Assembly: GCA_963786935.1 (NCBI GenBank)
Contig: CAWBAN010000002.1
Location: 32,001 to 96,000, forward strand
DNA: 64,000 nt
Reading direction: 5' to 3'
DNA from: an uncultured bacterium
GTDB taxonomy: Bacteria; Krumholzibacteriota; Krumholzibacteriia; Krumholzibacteriales; Krumholzibacteriaceae
Position numbers and translations under genes: made by a program. Shown piece after piece: positions 18,779 to 28,790 of the stretch. Position 1 is the first letter of the stretch. The number at the start of each line of letters is the position of its first letter. The notes beneath the pieces were generated by a model. The model made no database searches. It saw only the letters and a program-made list of their open reading frames with translations, and was not told the origin of the DNA.

Positions 18779-19333
18779 TCAGCGGAAAAGGGATTTGATT
18801 CCGCCCCACGTGGCGGACTCGGCGGCGGTGGTGAACGTCCCATCGAGCACGAGCGTCTCCCCGGTGAATACGACGACCGGGGGGACCCTGTTGCGCGTTG
18901 GATTATCTCCGAGCCAGGAGGGCAAGTACAAACGATAAATCGCCAGCACGTCGTATTCGGTGAAAAGCTCCATTGCACTCGCGAGAGGGGAAAGCTCCCG
19001 CGTTACGGAGAATGCGCCGTTCTCGTATATGCCCCAGACCGTGTTCAACTGAGGGCTGGAGTAAACCGGGCTATCCAGCCAAATCTCGACATGATACCCC
19101 CAGACCATTGGAGCCCAATAATCGTTCTCGAATCCCGGCATATCGAAAAACTCTTCGTAGCTTCCGAGGGTGGCGGTTCCTTCGAACCTTATGTACACGT
19201 GATCGAGCGTCAGCGGCTGAACGGGCAGCTGGAAGGAGTTCAAACCGGTGAAGGGGACCTCGACGATTTCCGCGCGGAGCGGAGACGACACCGCCGCCAG
19301 CGCGGCGGCCGCGGCAATGAGAAGCTTTTTCAC
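18779..19333 (-). CDS. Exported hypothetical protein with C-terminal TWGGIKSLFR motif
   Basis: GTG start after GAGG, signal peptide, lower GC than flanks, distinctive C-terminal tail. Confidence 0.7.
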   Translation of the reverse strand: MKKLLIAAAAALAAVSSPLRAEIVEVPFTGLNSFQLPVQPLTLDHVYIRFEGTATLGSYEEFFDMPGFENDYWAPMVWGYHVEIWLDSPVYSSPQLNTVWGIYENGAFSVTRELSPLASAMELFTEYDVLAIYRLYLPSWLGDNPTRNRVPPVVVFTGETLVLDGTFTTAAESATWGGIKSLFR

Positions 19334-19438
19334 GTTTCACCTCTCGCGTCTCGAAGCGCCGGTACCGGGCTTCCACAGCCACATCCGAACTTCCCCCGTC
19401 GATGATTATGGCAGAAATCCGGACCGGGTGCGAAAACT

Positions 19439-20128
19439 TCATGTGCGGTTCCGCTGCGGGGACCGTCGACTCGCCGAGAGCAGGCGGCGCGCGATCGCGA
19501 CGGCGGCCGCGATCGCCGCGACAACGCCGGCGAGCCCGACGAGGAAGAACGTCCCGACGCGGCTGTCGAGCGCCGACCAGGGGGATTTCCCGAAGAACCA
19601 CTTCTTGATCGTGGGGATCGCGATGAGCGCGTGGAGCGCCTTGTCCGGCGGAAACTCTTCGAGCTCGCCGATGGCGAGGACGTATTTGCCGCGGTTGTCG
19701 GGATTGGAGACGCGCACCTCGTAGAATCCCGGCCCCGCCTCCTCCCGCAGAGCGGGACCCTTGAAATAGTTGTCCCCGCCGTACGGCTCGTAGAACGGCG
19801 GCCAGTCGACCTGCGTGCTGTCGAGCACGTCGAAGAGCGCGCCGTCCTTGAACACCTCGACGACGAAATCGGTCCGCGCGCCCGGAATGTCGGGGGCGAG
19901 GATATTCACGTAGAGCGTGAAGAACGAATCGGCCCGGATCTCGTAGACCGCGGGCTCGCCGGGGAGATCGCCGTAGTACGCCTTCGAGACCGTGGGATCG
20001 TACACCGTGACCTTCGTCACGCGGTTGACGAAGTTCGGCTGGTGCGCGAGCGCGGCGCCGCCGCCGAGGAACGGCGCGAGCGAGAGCGTCAGGGCGAGGG
20101 CGTAGATCGTCGGCACGGCTCTTTTCAT
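19439..20128 (-). CDS. Hypothetical exported protein with C-terminal membrane anchor
   Basis: Signal peptide ending ALA-H, C-terminal TM helix followed by basic residues. Confidence 0.7.
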   Translation of the reverse strand: MKRAVPTIYALALTLSLAPFLGGGAALAHQPNFVNRVTKVTVYDPTVSKAYYGDLPGEPAVYEIRADSFFTLYVNILAPDIPGARTDFVVEVFKDGALFDVLDSTQVDWPPFYEPYGGDNYFKGPALREEAGPGFYEVRVSNPDNRGKYVLAIGELEEFPPDKALHALIAIPTIKKWFFGKSPWSALDSRVGTFFLVGLAGVVAAIAAAVAIARRLLSASRRSPQRNRT

Positions 20129-20277
20129 GGGTGCTCATTGTAGCCGCCGGGCGGAGGAATTCAATGGAAAACTGCCGCCGGCGGACGGGCCGGGGCGCGA
20201 TCGCAAGCCCTCTCGCGAAGGCCGGGCGAGGCGCCCCGTGCGCCGTCAGCGCCGTTTTCGGCGCGTTTCTTCGGCCC

Positions 20278-20532
20278 TCAGCGCCGCTTCAAGAGGCCCG
20301 ACGCCCGCGAGCTCTCGACGGCCCCCGCGAGAAACAGGGCGCCGAGGAGCGCGTGAGGCCAAATGCGCGCCCCGTTCGAAACGCCTCCATACACGCGCGC
20401 GCCGCAGTAGATCGCGGCAGCCGCGTACACGAACGGCATGAAGCGCATCTCGGCGAGCGCCCGCGCCACCCGCGTGCGGCTCAGGACGAATCCGCCGGCG
20501 GCGAGCGCGATCACGATGATGGTCGTTATCAT
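20278..20532 (-). CDS. Small hydrophobic membrane protein (about 3 TM)
   Basis: AAGGAGG RBS immediately after the upstream stop; 84 aa, mostly hydrophobic. Confidence 0.6.
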   Translation of the reverse strand: MITTIIVIALAAGGFVLSRTRVARALAEMRFMPFVYAAAAIYCGARVYGGVSNGARIWPHALLGALFLAGAVESSRASGLLKRR

Positions 20533-20544
20533 TGCCGCCTCCTT

Positions 20545-21210
20545 CTACGGACAGATGATGTCCGCGATGCCGCCGTCGCACGAGCTGCAGAATACGCCGT
20601 AGGAGCAAACGGTATAGAAGCCCATGTTCCCGCCCGATTTCACGCCGCAGAGCGCGAATCCCACGATGAGCTGCGTCATCTTGCACGTGAGCGGCGGCCG
20701 TGCCGGCGCCCGGAGCGCGGCGCTCCCGTCGGAAATCGCGCTTTCGTCGAGCGCGGCCGGGAGCGTCTTCGAGTAGTGCTCCCACGCGAGCGCGACATCC
20801 TCGACGCCGCACGCGGGATAACGCCATTCGTCGCGCGCGGCAATCTCCGAGAGCGCCGGGTAGCGCGTGAAGAGCGATTGCGTGAGCGCGTCGATGCGAT
20901 CGAAAGTTTCGCGCGCCTCGTCGGGCGTGAAGCCGAAGAGCGCGTTCGAGCGAGCCGGGTCCGCGCCGGCCTCGCGGATCTGCTCCGGCGTGACGCCCCG
21001 CGCGATCCCGCGCGCCGCGATCTCGTCGCGGATCGCCACGAGCTCGGCGACCTCGCTCGATTTGCGAAGCTCGTCATCGATCCATTCGGAATCGTCCGCG
21101 CCGGGGCCCGTCCCGCGCGCCGGCGGCGCCGCGTCGCGGTCGGCGCACGCCGAGGCGAGAAGACACATCAGTACCGCCAGAAACAGCGGGGGTATTCTTT
21201 TCTTTGACAT
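20545..21210 (-). CDS. Putative lipoprotein with Cys-rich hydrophobic C-terminal peptide
   Basis: Signal peptide ending LLASAC; six Cys in the last ~46 aa; start could be 21210-21219. Confidence 0.7.
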   Translation of the reverse strand: MSKKRIPPLFLAVLMCLLASACADRDAAPPARGTGPGADDSEWIDDELRKSSEVAELVAIRDEIAARGIARGVTPEQIREAGADPARSNALFGFTPDEARETFDRIDALTQSLFTRYPALSEIAARDEWRYPACGVEDVALAWEHYSKTLPAALDESAISDGSAALRAPARPPLTCKMTQLIVGFALCGVKSGGNMGFYTVCSYGVFCSSCDGGIADIICP

Positions 21211-21613
21211 CTCCATCATTCCTTCCCGCGGGCGTTGAAGCCCGCCATCGCTATCGACAAACATCGAAGGACGCCGATTGATGCGCCGCGACGCGGCGGC
21301 CCCCACCGTTTCCGTTCACCTCCGTGCCGATATTGGATTTCAAGAACGGTTCCATGAATCGCGCGCCTGCGCCATTCACCCGGGGGCGGAAGATTCGACC
21401 GGCGGCGGCAGCCGCCCAACCGATTGATATTTAATGATATGGGGCGCCCGCAGCACAAGAATGCCCGCGCAAGAATGATCGTCTCAAGGCCGTCTCGGGC
21501 CGGGAGGCGCACCGGAAAAGATGTTCAGGCTGTTCAGGATGATGTGAACGCAGACAACAGGAAGCGACGATCGCCGGCGCTGCCGCCTGCCCGGCAGGGC
21601 CGACGTGAGCGCG

Positions 21614-22096
21614 CTACTGAGCCGCCAACAGGGCCGCGGCGAGCGCGACGACTCCCGACTCGACCTCGCTCGAGAGCCCCTCTCCGAGCCTCATGCTCTT
21701 CGGCTGAACGCCGGCGAGGATCGCCTCCCCCTTCCAGCGCTCCGTGAGATAGTGAATGAGGAAATGAAGCGAGAGCCGGTGCGTGTTGCTCGCCGAGAGC
21801 ATGAGATCCTCGAAGGGGATGAGGCGCCACTCGCCGGCCGCGCCCCCGAAATCCACGGCGTCGACGAATACGACCGCCTCGAGCGATTGCTTCGCGACCC
21901 AGCCGCCGTAGTTCTCGGGGACCTCGCAGGCGTCGACGAGTGGGAAAGCCGCGCCGCGCGCGGTCAGCAGCGCCACGAGCGCGGGGCCCGCCCCGTCGTC
22001 CCCCTTGAGGACGTTCCCGACGCCGACGACGCCGAAGCGCTTGCCCGCGAGGCGCGCCCCGAGATTTCGCGCGGGATCCTGTTTTCCGTCATTCAT
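21614..22096 (-). CDS. hycI: Hydrogenase maturation endopeptidase (HycI-like)
   Basis: GVGNVLKGDDGAG, VDAVD and SNTH motifs; last gene of the hydrogenase operon. Confidence 0.88.
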   Translation of the reverse strand: MNDGKQDPARNLGARLAGKRFGVVGVGNVLKGDDGAGPALVALLTARGAAFPLVDACEVPENYGGWVAKQSLEAVVFVDAVDFGGAAGEWRLIPFEDLMLSASNTHRLSLHFLIHYLTERWKGEAILAGVQPKSMRLGEGLSSEVESGVVALAAALLAAQ

Positions 22097-22162
22097 AGCG
22101 GCACCCATGAAAAGGGCCCCTGATCGGGGCCCCGGTAGTCGGACGCGGCGCGGCGCGAGCGC

Positions 22163-22789
22163 TCAGCTCTCTCCCCATTCGTCGGAGATGATGTACGCGG
22201 CGCGGCAGTTCGGGCAGAGCGCCCGTATGAAATCCCCGCGATCGAGCGGCCGCTCCGGGCTGCGGGGCGCCGTGTCCTTCGCGAGGCTCAGCGCGTTGTG
22301 CCGGGCGACCATGAACGTCTGATTCGCGTAGGCGAGCTCGCCGAGCTTGTCGGTGCACCACCGGACGTGGTCGATCGTCGTCACGGGCTGGCCGCAGTGC
22401 TCGCAGAAGAGGAGCTCCTTGTCGTGCGTGTCGATGAAATCGGCCGTATCGGTGGTCGATTTGTCGAAATCCTTGTCGAGGACGATCCCCTTCTTCGTGA
22501 TGCAGTAGACGAAGCACTGGCTGCACATGATGCAGTTGCCCCAGTTCCGCTCGATGCGGCGGACCATACGCTTCTTGTCCTCGCGGTACTCGTCCGCGAT
22601 CGTGATGGCGCCGGCGGGGCACACCTGGCCGCATGCGCCGCAGCCGACGCAGTCCTCGGGGACGTAGGTCGGCACGCCGCGGAAGTGCTCCGGCACGACC
22701 GGCGGCGTCTTGGGGAACTTCGACGTGTAGGGCCCCTTGATCAGGGCCTCGACCGCGAATTTCAGCTCTCTCAGTTTCGGATAACGCAT
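22163..22789 (-). CDS. NuoI/MbhN-like 2x[4Fe-4S] subunit with extra C-terminal Cys pairs
   Basis: GPYTSKFP, CVGCGACGQVCP, CIMCSQCFVYC, CEHC...CPNC. Confidence 0.88.
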   Translation of the reverse strand: MRYPKLRELKFAVEALIKGPYTSKFPKTPPVVPEHFRGVPTYVPEDCVGCGACGQVCPAGAITIADEYREDKKRMVRRIERNWGNCIMCSQCFVYCITKKGIVLDKDFDKSTTDTADFIDTHDKELLFCEHCGQPVTTIDHVRWCTDKLGELAYANQTFMVARHNALSLAKDTAPRSPERPLDRGDFIRALCPNCRAAYIISDEWGES

Positions 22790-22814
22790 GCCGTCACAAA
22801 CTCCCGTTTCCCGA

Positions 22815-23162
22815 TTACGCCTTGTCTTCCGCGCCCTCGCGGTCCTCGGCGTACTTGTCGCTCACGCTCTTGTCCCACAGCTTGATGCCCGCCCGGTGCG
22901 CCGCGCGCGAAATCGCGTGGGCCGCCGTCGGCGAAGTGATGAGGATGAACCATATGCAGAGCAGCGCCTTGATCGTGATCGCGCCGAATCCCGCGAAGAA
23001 GAAGACGCTGAGCAGAATCATGGCCGTGCCGAGGGTGGCGCACTTCGTCGCCGCCTGGAGCCGGTTGTACACGTCGGGAAGCCGCACGAGCCCGATGCAC
23101 CCGAAAAGGTCGAATGCGACGCCGACGGAAAGGAGCACGTAGCCGATGAATTCGCTATTCAT
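22815..23162 (-). CDS. MrpG/MnhG (MbhC-like) subunit
   Basis: GLVRLPDVYNRLQAATK and TSPTAAHAISRAA. Confidence 0.9.
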   Translation of the reverse strand: MNSEFIGYVLLSVGVAFDLFGCIGLVRLPDVYNRLQAATKCATLGTAMILLSVFFFAGFGAITIKALLCIWFILITSPTAAHAISRAAHRAGIKLWDKSVSDKYAEDREGAEDKA

Positions 23163-23409
23163 CGAAGCCCCTCCCCTCGAGATATTTGGCGAGCGCGAGC
23201 GTGCCGATGAAATTGAGGAGCGCCCACGAGATGCCGATGTTCATGTACAGGTCCCGCTTCGTCATGATCGAGAATATCGCGCAGAAGCCCACCATGAGAA
23301 TGCCCATGATATCGATGGCCACCGTCCGGTCGGGCGCCGTCGGCCCCTTTCCGACGCGGTAGAGGCACATGAACATGCAGAGAATCAGAAGCGCGATGAA
23401 TACGTTCAC
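23155..23409 (-). CDS. MrpF/MnhF (MbhB-like) subunit
   Basis: RVGKGPTAPDRTVAID and FIGTLALAKYLE; GTG start overlapping the mrpE stop. Confidence 0.88.
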   Translation of the reverse strand: MNVFIALLILCMFMCLYRVGKGPTAPDRTVAIDIMGILMVGFCAIFSIMTKRDLYMNIGISWALLNFIGTLALAKYLEGRGFDE

Positions 23410-23891
23410 TCGAATATCCTTTCCAGATATTTCTCGAAGTTCGCGACGATGATCTCCGTATCCTTCTGAATATCGGCGGACTGGACGTTGATCCAGTGGA
23501 TGTACAGGTGGTCGCCGATCATGTCGACGGTCATGGTGCCCGGCGTCAGCGTGATCGAGTTCGCGAGGAACGTCCGGCCCATGTCGCTCTTCAGCCTCGT
23601 CCGCACTTTGACGATGCCGGGCTTGATCGGGAGATAGAGGTTGAGCACGCGGTACGCGACGTCGAAATTGGCCTTGATCAGCGCCCAGAGAAACACCCAG
23701 AAGTAGCAGAAGAGCCAGAAGAAGCGCCGGGGATGGAACACCCGGACCCCCTCGTACGGGAAGATGTCGCCGAGGAGGAGCTCGGCGAGGAGCGCGACGA
23801 CGAGGCCGGCGAGCATTTCCTGAAGCGTGAACGACCACGTCAGGAGCAGCCAGATCGCGTAGATGATGAAAAAGTGGACGAGACGCTTCAT
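23406..23891 (-). CDS. MrpE/MnhE (MbhA-like) subunit
   Basis: PIKPGIV, LANSITLTPGT and LYIHWI. Confidence 0.92.
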   Translation of the reverse strand: MKRLVHFFIIYAIWLLLTWSFTLQEMLAGLVVALLAELLLGDIFPYEGVRVFHPRRFFWLFCYFWVFLWALIKANFDVAYRVLNLYLPIKPGIVKVRTRLKSDMGRTFLANSITLTPGTMTVDMIGDHLYIHWINVQSADIQKDTEIIVANFEKYLERIFE

Positions 23892-23895
23892 TCTA

Positions 23896-25398
23896 TCACC
23901 CGCCGAGTATGTATCCCATGTACGAGAGCTTGTCGAGCAACGCGTCGCGCGCGGCCTGAAGCACCGTCTGGTCGAGTATCGGATACGCGAGACCGAGCCC
24001 GATGCAGAGAATCGCGAGCACGACGAGCGGCAGCGTCATCCCGAACGGCGCTTCCTTGATGTTGACGAACCGCGCCGGGAGCTGCCCGAAGATCACGAAC
24101 CGCTGCAGCTTGATGAACGACAGCAGCGTCATGAAGGCCACGAGCACGGCGATGCCGCCGTACACGTAGTAGCCGGCCTGAATGAACGCGACGATGATGA
24201 TCAGCTTGCTCCAGAAGCCGTTGAACGGGGGCACGCCCGAGATCGACAGCGACGCGATCGAGCAGGCCACGCTGGTCACCGGCATCTTCCGGATGAGGCC
24301 GCCCATCTCGTAACGGTTCCTCGTTCCCGTGCGGTACTCGAACGAGCCCGAGCAGAGGAACAGGAGCGATTTGAACACGGCGTGGTTCACCATGTGGTAG
24401 ATCCCGCCGAGGAGCCCCATCGCCGCGATCGCCGGCGGCACGTTCGGATTCAAGCCCAGGCCGAGCCCGATCGTCACGTAGCCCATCTGGCTGATCGAAT
24501 GGTACGCGAGCATGCGCTTGAAATCGGACTGGCCGACGGCGAGGAACACGCCGACGACCATCGAGAGCGCCCCGAGGAACATGAGAATGCTCGACACCGC
24601 CTCGTTCGGGCCGATCACGTCGAACATGATGCGCGCGATCGCGTACACGCCGATCGCCTTGATGAGCACGCCGGAGAGCATCGCCGAGATCGGCGCCGGG
24701 GCGCTCGGATGCGCGTCGGGGAGCCACGCGTGGAACGGCACCGTCGAGGCCTTGAGGCCGAAGCCCATGATGAACATCGCGATGACGAACGCGACCGCCT
24801 TGTTGATGCCGACGATCTCGATCTGCCGCGCGAGATCGGGCATGTTGAGGGTGCCCGTCATCGAGTAGAGGAACGCGATGCCGAAGAGGATCGTCGTGCT
24901 GGCGACGCTCCCGAGGATGAGATACTTGAACGACGCCTCGAGCTCCTCGTGCTCGCACCCGAACCCGACGAGGGCGTAGGAGGCGATCGAGGCGATCTCG
25001 AGGAACACGTAGATGTTGAAGAGGTCCCCCGTGATGACGACGCCGTTCATGCCCGTGAGCATGAGGAGGAAGAGCGAGTAATACTTCGGCTTCGCCGTGT
25101 ACGTCGTCATGTACTTGATCGAATAGATGATCGAGAGGAACGCGATGACGTTGACGATGACGAGCATGAGCGAGCTGAGCCCGTCCGAGACGAGGAGGAT
25201 GCCCCACGGCGCCGGGAACCCGCCGACGCGGTACGCGAAGGGCTGCTCGAACACCGTCAGCACGGCGAGAACGGCGAGCGTGCCCGCCGCGAGGAACGCG
25301 ATATAGTCGGCCGCCTTCTTGTTGATCTTCGTCACGAGAAGAGTGAAGAAGGCCGCCGCGAGCGGCAGCGCGGTGAAGAGCGGATATGTGGTCTGCAT
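23896..25398 (-). CDS. MrpD/MbhH antiporter-like subunit
   Basis: DLFNIYVFLEI, PFHAWLPDAHPSAP, NHAVFKSLLF and GVPPFNGFWSK. Confidence 0.92.
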   Translation of the reverse strand: MQTTYPLFTALPLAAAFFTLLVTKINKKAADYIAFLAAGTLAVLAVLTVFEQPFAYRVGGFPAPWGILLVSDGLSSLMLVIVNVIAFLSIIYSIKYMTTYTAKPKYYSLFLLMLTGMNGVVITGDLFNIYVFLEIASIASYALVGFGCEHEELEASFKYLILGSVASTTILFGIAFLYSMTGTLNMPDLARQIEIVGINKAVAFVIAMFIMGFGLKASTVPFHAWLPDAHPSAPAPISAMLSGVLIKAIGVYAIARIMFDVIGPNEAVSSILMFLGALSMVVGVFLAVGQSDFKRMLAYHSISQMGYVTIGLGLGLNPNVPPAIAAMGLLGGIYHMVNHAVFKSLLFLCSGSFEYRTGTRNRYEMGGLIRKMPVTSVACSIASLSISGVPPFNGFWSKLIIIVAFIQAGYYVYGGIAVLVAFMTLLSFIKLQRFVIFGQLPARFVNIKEAPFGMTLPLVVLAILCIGLGLAYPILDQTVLQAARDALLDKLSYMGYILGG

Positions 25399-25420
25399 AG
25401 TCACTGCGTCTCGATCCTCT

Positions 25421-25771
25421 CTACCCTTTGAGCCTGTTGATTTCGCTCATGTCGAACGTTTTGTATTTCTCGTACAGCCGCAGGCATATCGACGTCATGA
25501 GCGAGAGCACCCCGAGCCCGATCACGATCGAGGTCAGCACGAGCGCCTGCGGCAGCGGATCGACTCCGTATTCGGCGAGCTCCTGCACGGTCATGTCCTT
25601 GAACATGATCGGGGCGATGCCCTTCGCGCGATACCCGATGATGATGATGAACAGGTTGATCGCGTAGTCGGTGATCGTGAGCCCGATGATCTTCTTGATG
25701 ATGTTCTTCTTGGCGATCAGGCAGTACACGCCCATCACGAAGAGCACAAGGGTGAGAAAATAGAGAATCAT
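25421..25771 (-). CDS. MrpC/MbhG subunit
   Basis: KKNIIKKIIGL and DPLPQALVLTSIVIG. Confidence 0.92.
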   Translation of the reverse strand: MILYFLTLVLFVMGVYCLIAKKNIIKKIIGLTITDYAINLFIIIIGYRAKGIAPIMFKDMTVQELAEYGVDPLPQALVLTSIVIGLGVLSLMTSICLRLYEKYKTFDMSEINRLKG

Positions 25772-25789
25772 GGCGTGCTGCTCCCTTTC

Positions 25790-26278
25790 CTATTCTTCCT
25801 CTTCCGCCTCTTCCACGAGCTTCGAAACGAACCGTCCGAATATCGAGAGGGCGAGGAATATCGCGAAGAGCGACGAGGTCACCTTGAGCCCGATGAGAAT
25901 GTTGTACAGCGGGATCACCCCGGCGCTCACGAGATTGAACGGCGTGCCGTGCGGCGGGAAGTTCAGGAAGAAATACCCGAACGCCATCCCGACGATGGCC
26001 GTCGTCGCGAAAAGCAGCGCGGCGCTGTTGTCGATGATCGAAGCCCACCGGTCGCTCATCTTGCCGAGCGAGACTTCCTTCCCGAACGCCAGCGTCAGGA
26101 GGACGTACCCGCACGCGAGGATCGTTCCCCCCGCGAAGCCTCCCCCCGGCGTGAGGTGCCCGTAGATGATGATGTACCACCCGAACATGAAGACGATCCC
26201 CATGGCGAACCGGACCACCGTCTTGACGATGGGGGTCATCCCCTTCGGGCTGTCGCTGCTGATGAGCTCCGGCTTCAT
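25790..26278 (-). CDS. MrpB/MbhF subunit
   Basis: GHLTPGGGFAGG motif. Confidence 0.9.
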   Translation of the reverse strand: MKPELISSDSPKGMTPIVKTVVRFAMGIVFMFGWYIIIYGHLTPGGGFAGGTILACGYVLLTLAFGKEVSLGKMSDRWASIIDNSAALLFATTAIVGMAFGYFFLNFPPHGTPFNLVSAGVIPLYNILIGLKVTSSLFAIFLALSIFGRFVSKLVEEAEEEE

Positions 26279-26282
26279 CTCG

Positions 26283-26885
26283 CTACTCCCTGAGATCCCC
26301 GTAGTCCTCGCGGATCTCTTCCTCGGACAGGATGCCGACCTTTTCGGTGTCCGCTTCCGTTCTCCGTTTGCGGCCGCGGCGCCGCAGGATGACGAACGAG
26401 CCCAGGATCGAGACGAAGATCACCGTCGCCTCGCCGAGCGTGTCGTAACCGCGGAAATCGAGAATGATGGCCGCCACGATGTTCGCGGCCCCCGTTTTCG
26501 CGAGGCCGTTCTGCAGGTACTCCCGCGAGACCTTGAGAAGCGGCTGTCCGAACGGCGGCAGCTCCTGAACGGCGAGGAACGCGAAGACGAGGAAGAGGCC
26601 GAAAAAGATGAGGCTCGAGACGACCGCGAAGGTGTCCCAGTGCGCCTCGATCGTCGTGTTGTCGATCGTGATGGTGGCGCGGATCAGGATCACGAGAATG
26701 AGAATCTCCACCACCACCTGCGTGATCGCGATATCGGGCGCCCCGAGCATGAGGAACGCGATGCTGACCGCCGCGCCGACGATGCCGCACGAGATGACCG
26801 ACGAGAGCAGGTTCTTGGTCTCGATGGCAATGATCGACCCGACGATCATGAATATCAGGAGCACGAATAGAAATGTCTCAACCAT
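26283..26885 (-). CDS. MbhD+MbhE-like fused subunit (DUF4040 plus MrpA C-terminal part)
   Basis: APDIAITQ and NIVAAIILDFRGYDTLGE motifs. Confidence 0.88.
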   Translation of the reverse strand: MVETFLFVLLIFMIVGSIIAIETKNLLSSVISCGIVGAAVSIAFLMLGAPDIAITQVVVEILILVILIRATITIDNTTIEAHWDTFAVVSSLIFFGLFLVFAFLAVQELPPFGQPLLKVSREYLQNGLAKTGAANIVAAIILDFRGYDTLGEATVIFVSILGSFVILRRRGRKRRTEADTEKVGILSEEEIREDYGDLRE

Positions 26886-26900
26886 CCAGCCGCCTCGCCG

Positions 26901-28766
26901 TTACAGCTTGAAGATCAATATGAACGACAGTACGCCGAGCCCGATCACGATCCACGACAGGTACGTGGAGAGATTCCCGTTGTGCAGCATCCGGAGCACC
27001 TGGACGAAGCTGTCGCCGAGCTTGCCGAAGAAGTTGTAGCCGTCCAGTGCGCCCTTCTCCCCGTCCTGGAACAGCGTCTTGATCGCGGGGCCGAGATCCT
27101 CGGTGATCGTCCGGTAGAACTGCGTGCCGGGGTACCGGATCTCCTCGCTGTCCATGACGTTCCCGCCGATCCAGACGTTCTCGTCGGTGCGGTAGGCCTT
27201 GCTGCTCGTGAACGCGTATATGAGGAACCCGAGGATCATGCCCACGACGAGGAGCGCGGTCGCCGCGCCGGGGCTCCAGAATCCGTCGGTCGGAATCGTC
27301 ATGATGTTGCCGGAAGCGACGTGGGCCGCCGAGCCCCCCGTCACGACCGGGATGATGAACTTCTCGAGCGGATAGCCCGCGAAGACGCCGAAGGCGACGC
27401 AGAGAATCGCGAGGAACACCATCGGCAGCTGCATCGAGAAGTCGACCTCTTTCACGCGCTCGAACCGCTCGGGGCGCCGGCTCAGGAACACGGAGTGCAG
27501 CACCTTCACGAACGAGGCGAGCGTCAGGGCGCTCCCGAATATCGCGACGATGAGGAATATGACGTGCCGGCTCTCGAGCATGCCCTGATAGATGAGCCAT
27601 TTCGACGCGAAGCCGTTGAGCGGCGGGACGCCGGAGATCGCCAGCGCGGCGACGGTCATCGTGGCGAAGGTTACCGGCATGAGGCGCGCGAGCCCGCCGA
27701 GGTCCTCGAGCTCCGTCGTGCCGGTGCGCTTCTCGATCGCCCCGGCGCCGAAGAAGAGCAGGCTCTTGTAGATCGCGTTGTTGACCATGTGGAAGAGGCC
27801 CCCCACGATCGCGATCGGGATCCCGCTCCCCACGCCGAGCACCATGTAGCCGACCTGGCTCACCGCGTGGAACGAGAGGAGCTTCTTGAGGTTGTGCTGC
27901 ACGAGCGCCATGAGGACCGCGAACAGGATCGTCACCGCGCCGACGGCCATCATGACCGTCGAGAGCGTGGAGCCGGCCTGAATCGCGAAGATATCCATCG
28001 AGATCCGCGCGAGGAGATAGATGCCGAGCATCTTGTCGAGCGCGGCCGGCAGGAACGCCATGACCGACGCCGGCGTCGAGATCGCGATCGCGGGCACCCA
28101 CGAATGGAACGGCATGGCGCCGGCCTTCGTGATCGCGCCGACGAAGAGGAGCACGAACGCGACGATGCCGAGCGGAGTGGTCGTCGGGATCGAAAGCTCC
28201 GAGATCGTGAGCGTGCCCGCCTGCGCCCATATGAGGATGATTCCGAGGAGCATCGCCGCGTCGCTCAGCCCCAGCACGGCGAAGGCCTTCGCGGCCGCCT
28301 TCTCGTGGTCCTTGTCCCCCATGTTCACGAGGAAGAAGAGGATGGCGGTGAGCGCTTCCCAGAAAATGAGCAGGATGAGAAGGTTGTCGGCGAGCACCGC
28401 GCCGGCGGAGGCGGCCAGCGTCCAGAGGATGAACGAGTAGTAGATGCTCGACTTGTCCTTGCCCCAGAGATACCCGAGCGAATAGACGATCGAGATGACG
28501 GCGAATACCGAGATGAAGAGGAGCACGAACGAGCTGAAATTGTAGAGCCTGAGAGCGAAATCGAACGGCATCGCCCCGGCGATGGTGAACATGGTGACCG
28601 AGTGGAGAACGTCCCCCGCGCCGAAGAGCGCGATCACGCGGAGCAGCACGTAGACGGAGGCGGCGAGCGCCACGATCCCCGCCACGATCTTTCCCCTGCG
28701 GGGGATGAAGATCGGGATGATCCCCGCAACCGCTGGAATTACTATCGGATACAACAGTTCGTGCAT
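26901..28766 (-). CDS. MrpA/NuoL-like antiporter subunit with C-terminal lateral helix
   Basis: IFWEAL, KAGAMPFHSWVP, GVPPLNGFASK; C-terminal LHNGNLSTYLSW followed by a TM helix. Confidence 0.88.
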   Translation of the reverse strand: MHELLYPIVIPAVAGIIPIFIPRRGKIVAGIVALAASVYVLLRVIALFGAGDVLHSVTMFTIAGAMPFDFALRLYNFSSFVLLFISVFAVISIVYSLGYLWGKDKSSIYYSFILWTLAASAGAVLADNLLILLIFWEALTAILFFLVNMGDKDHEKAAAKAFAVLGLSDAAMLLGIILIWAQAGTLTISELSIPTTTPLGIVAFVLLFVGAITKAGAMPFHSWVPAIAISTPASVMAFLPAALDKMLGIYLLARISMDIFAIQAGSTLSTVMMAVGAVTILFAVLMALVQHNLKKLLSFHAVSQVGYMVLGVGSGIPIAIVGGLFHMVNNAIYKSLLFFGAGAIEKRTGTTELEDLGGLARLMPVTFATMTVAALAISGVPPLNGFASKWLIYQGMLESRHVIFLIVAIFGSALTLASFVKVLHSVFLSRRPERFERVKEVDFSMQLPMVFLAILCVAFGVFAGYPLEKFIIPVVTGGSAAHVASGNIMTIPTDGFWSPGAATALLVVGMILGFLIYAFTSSKAYRTDENVWIGGNVMDSEEIRYPGTQFYRTITEDLGPAIKTLFQDGEKGALDGYNFFGKLGDSFVQVLRMLHNGNLSTYLSWIVIGLGVLSFILIFKL

Positions 28767-28790
28767 TCTTTCGACTCCGGTCCCGCCAGT

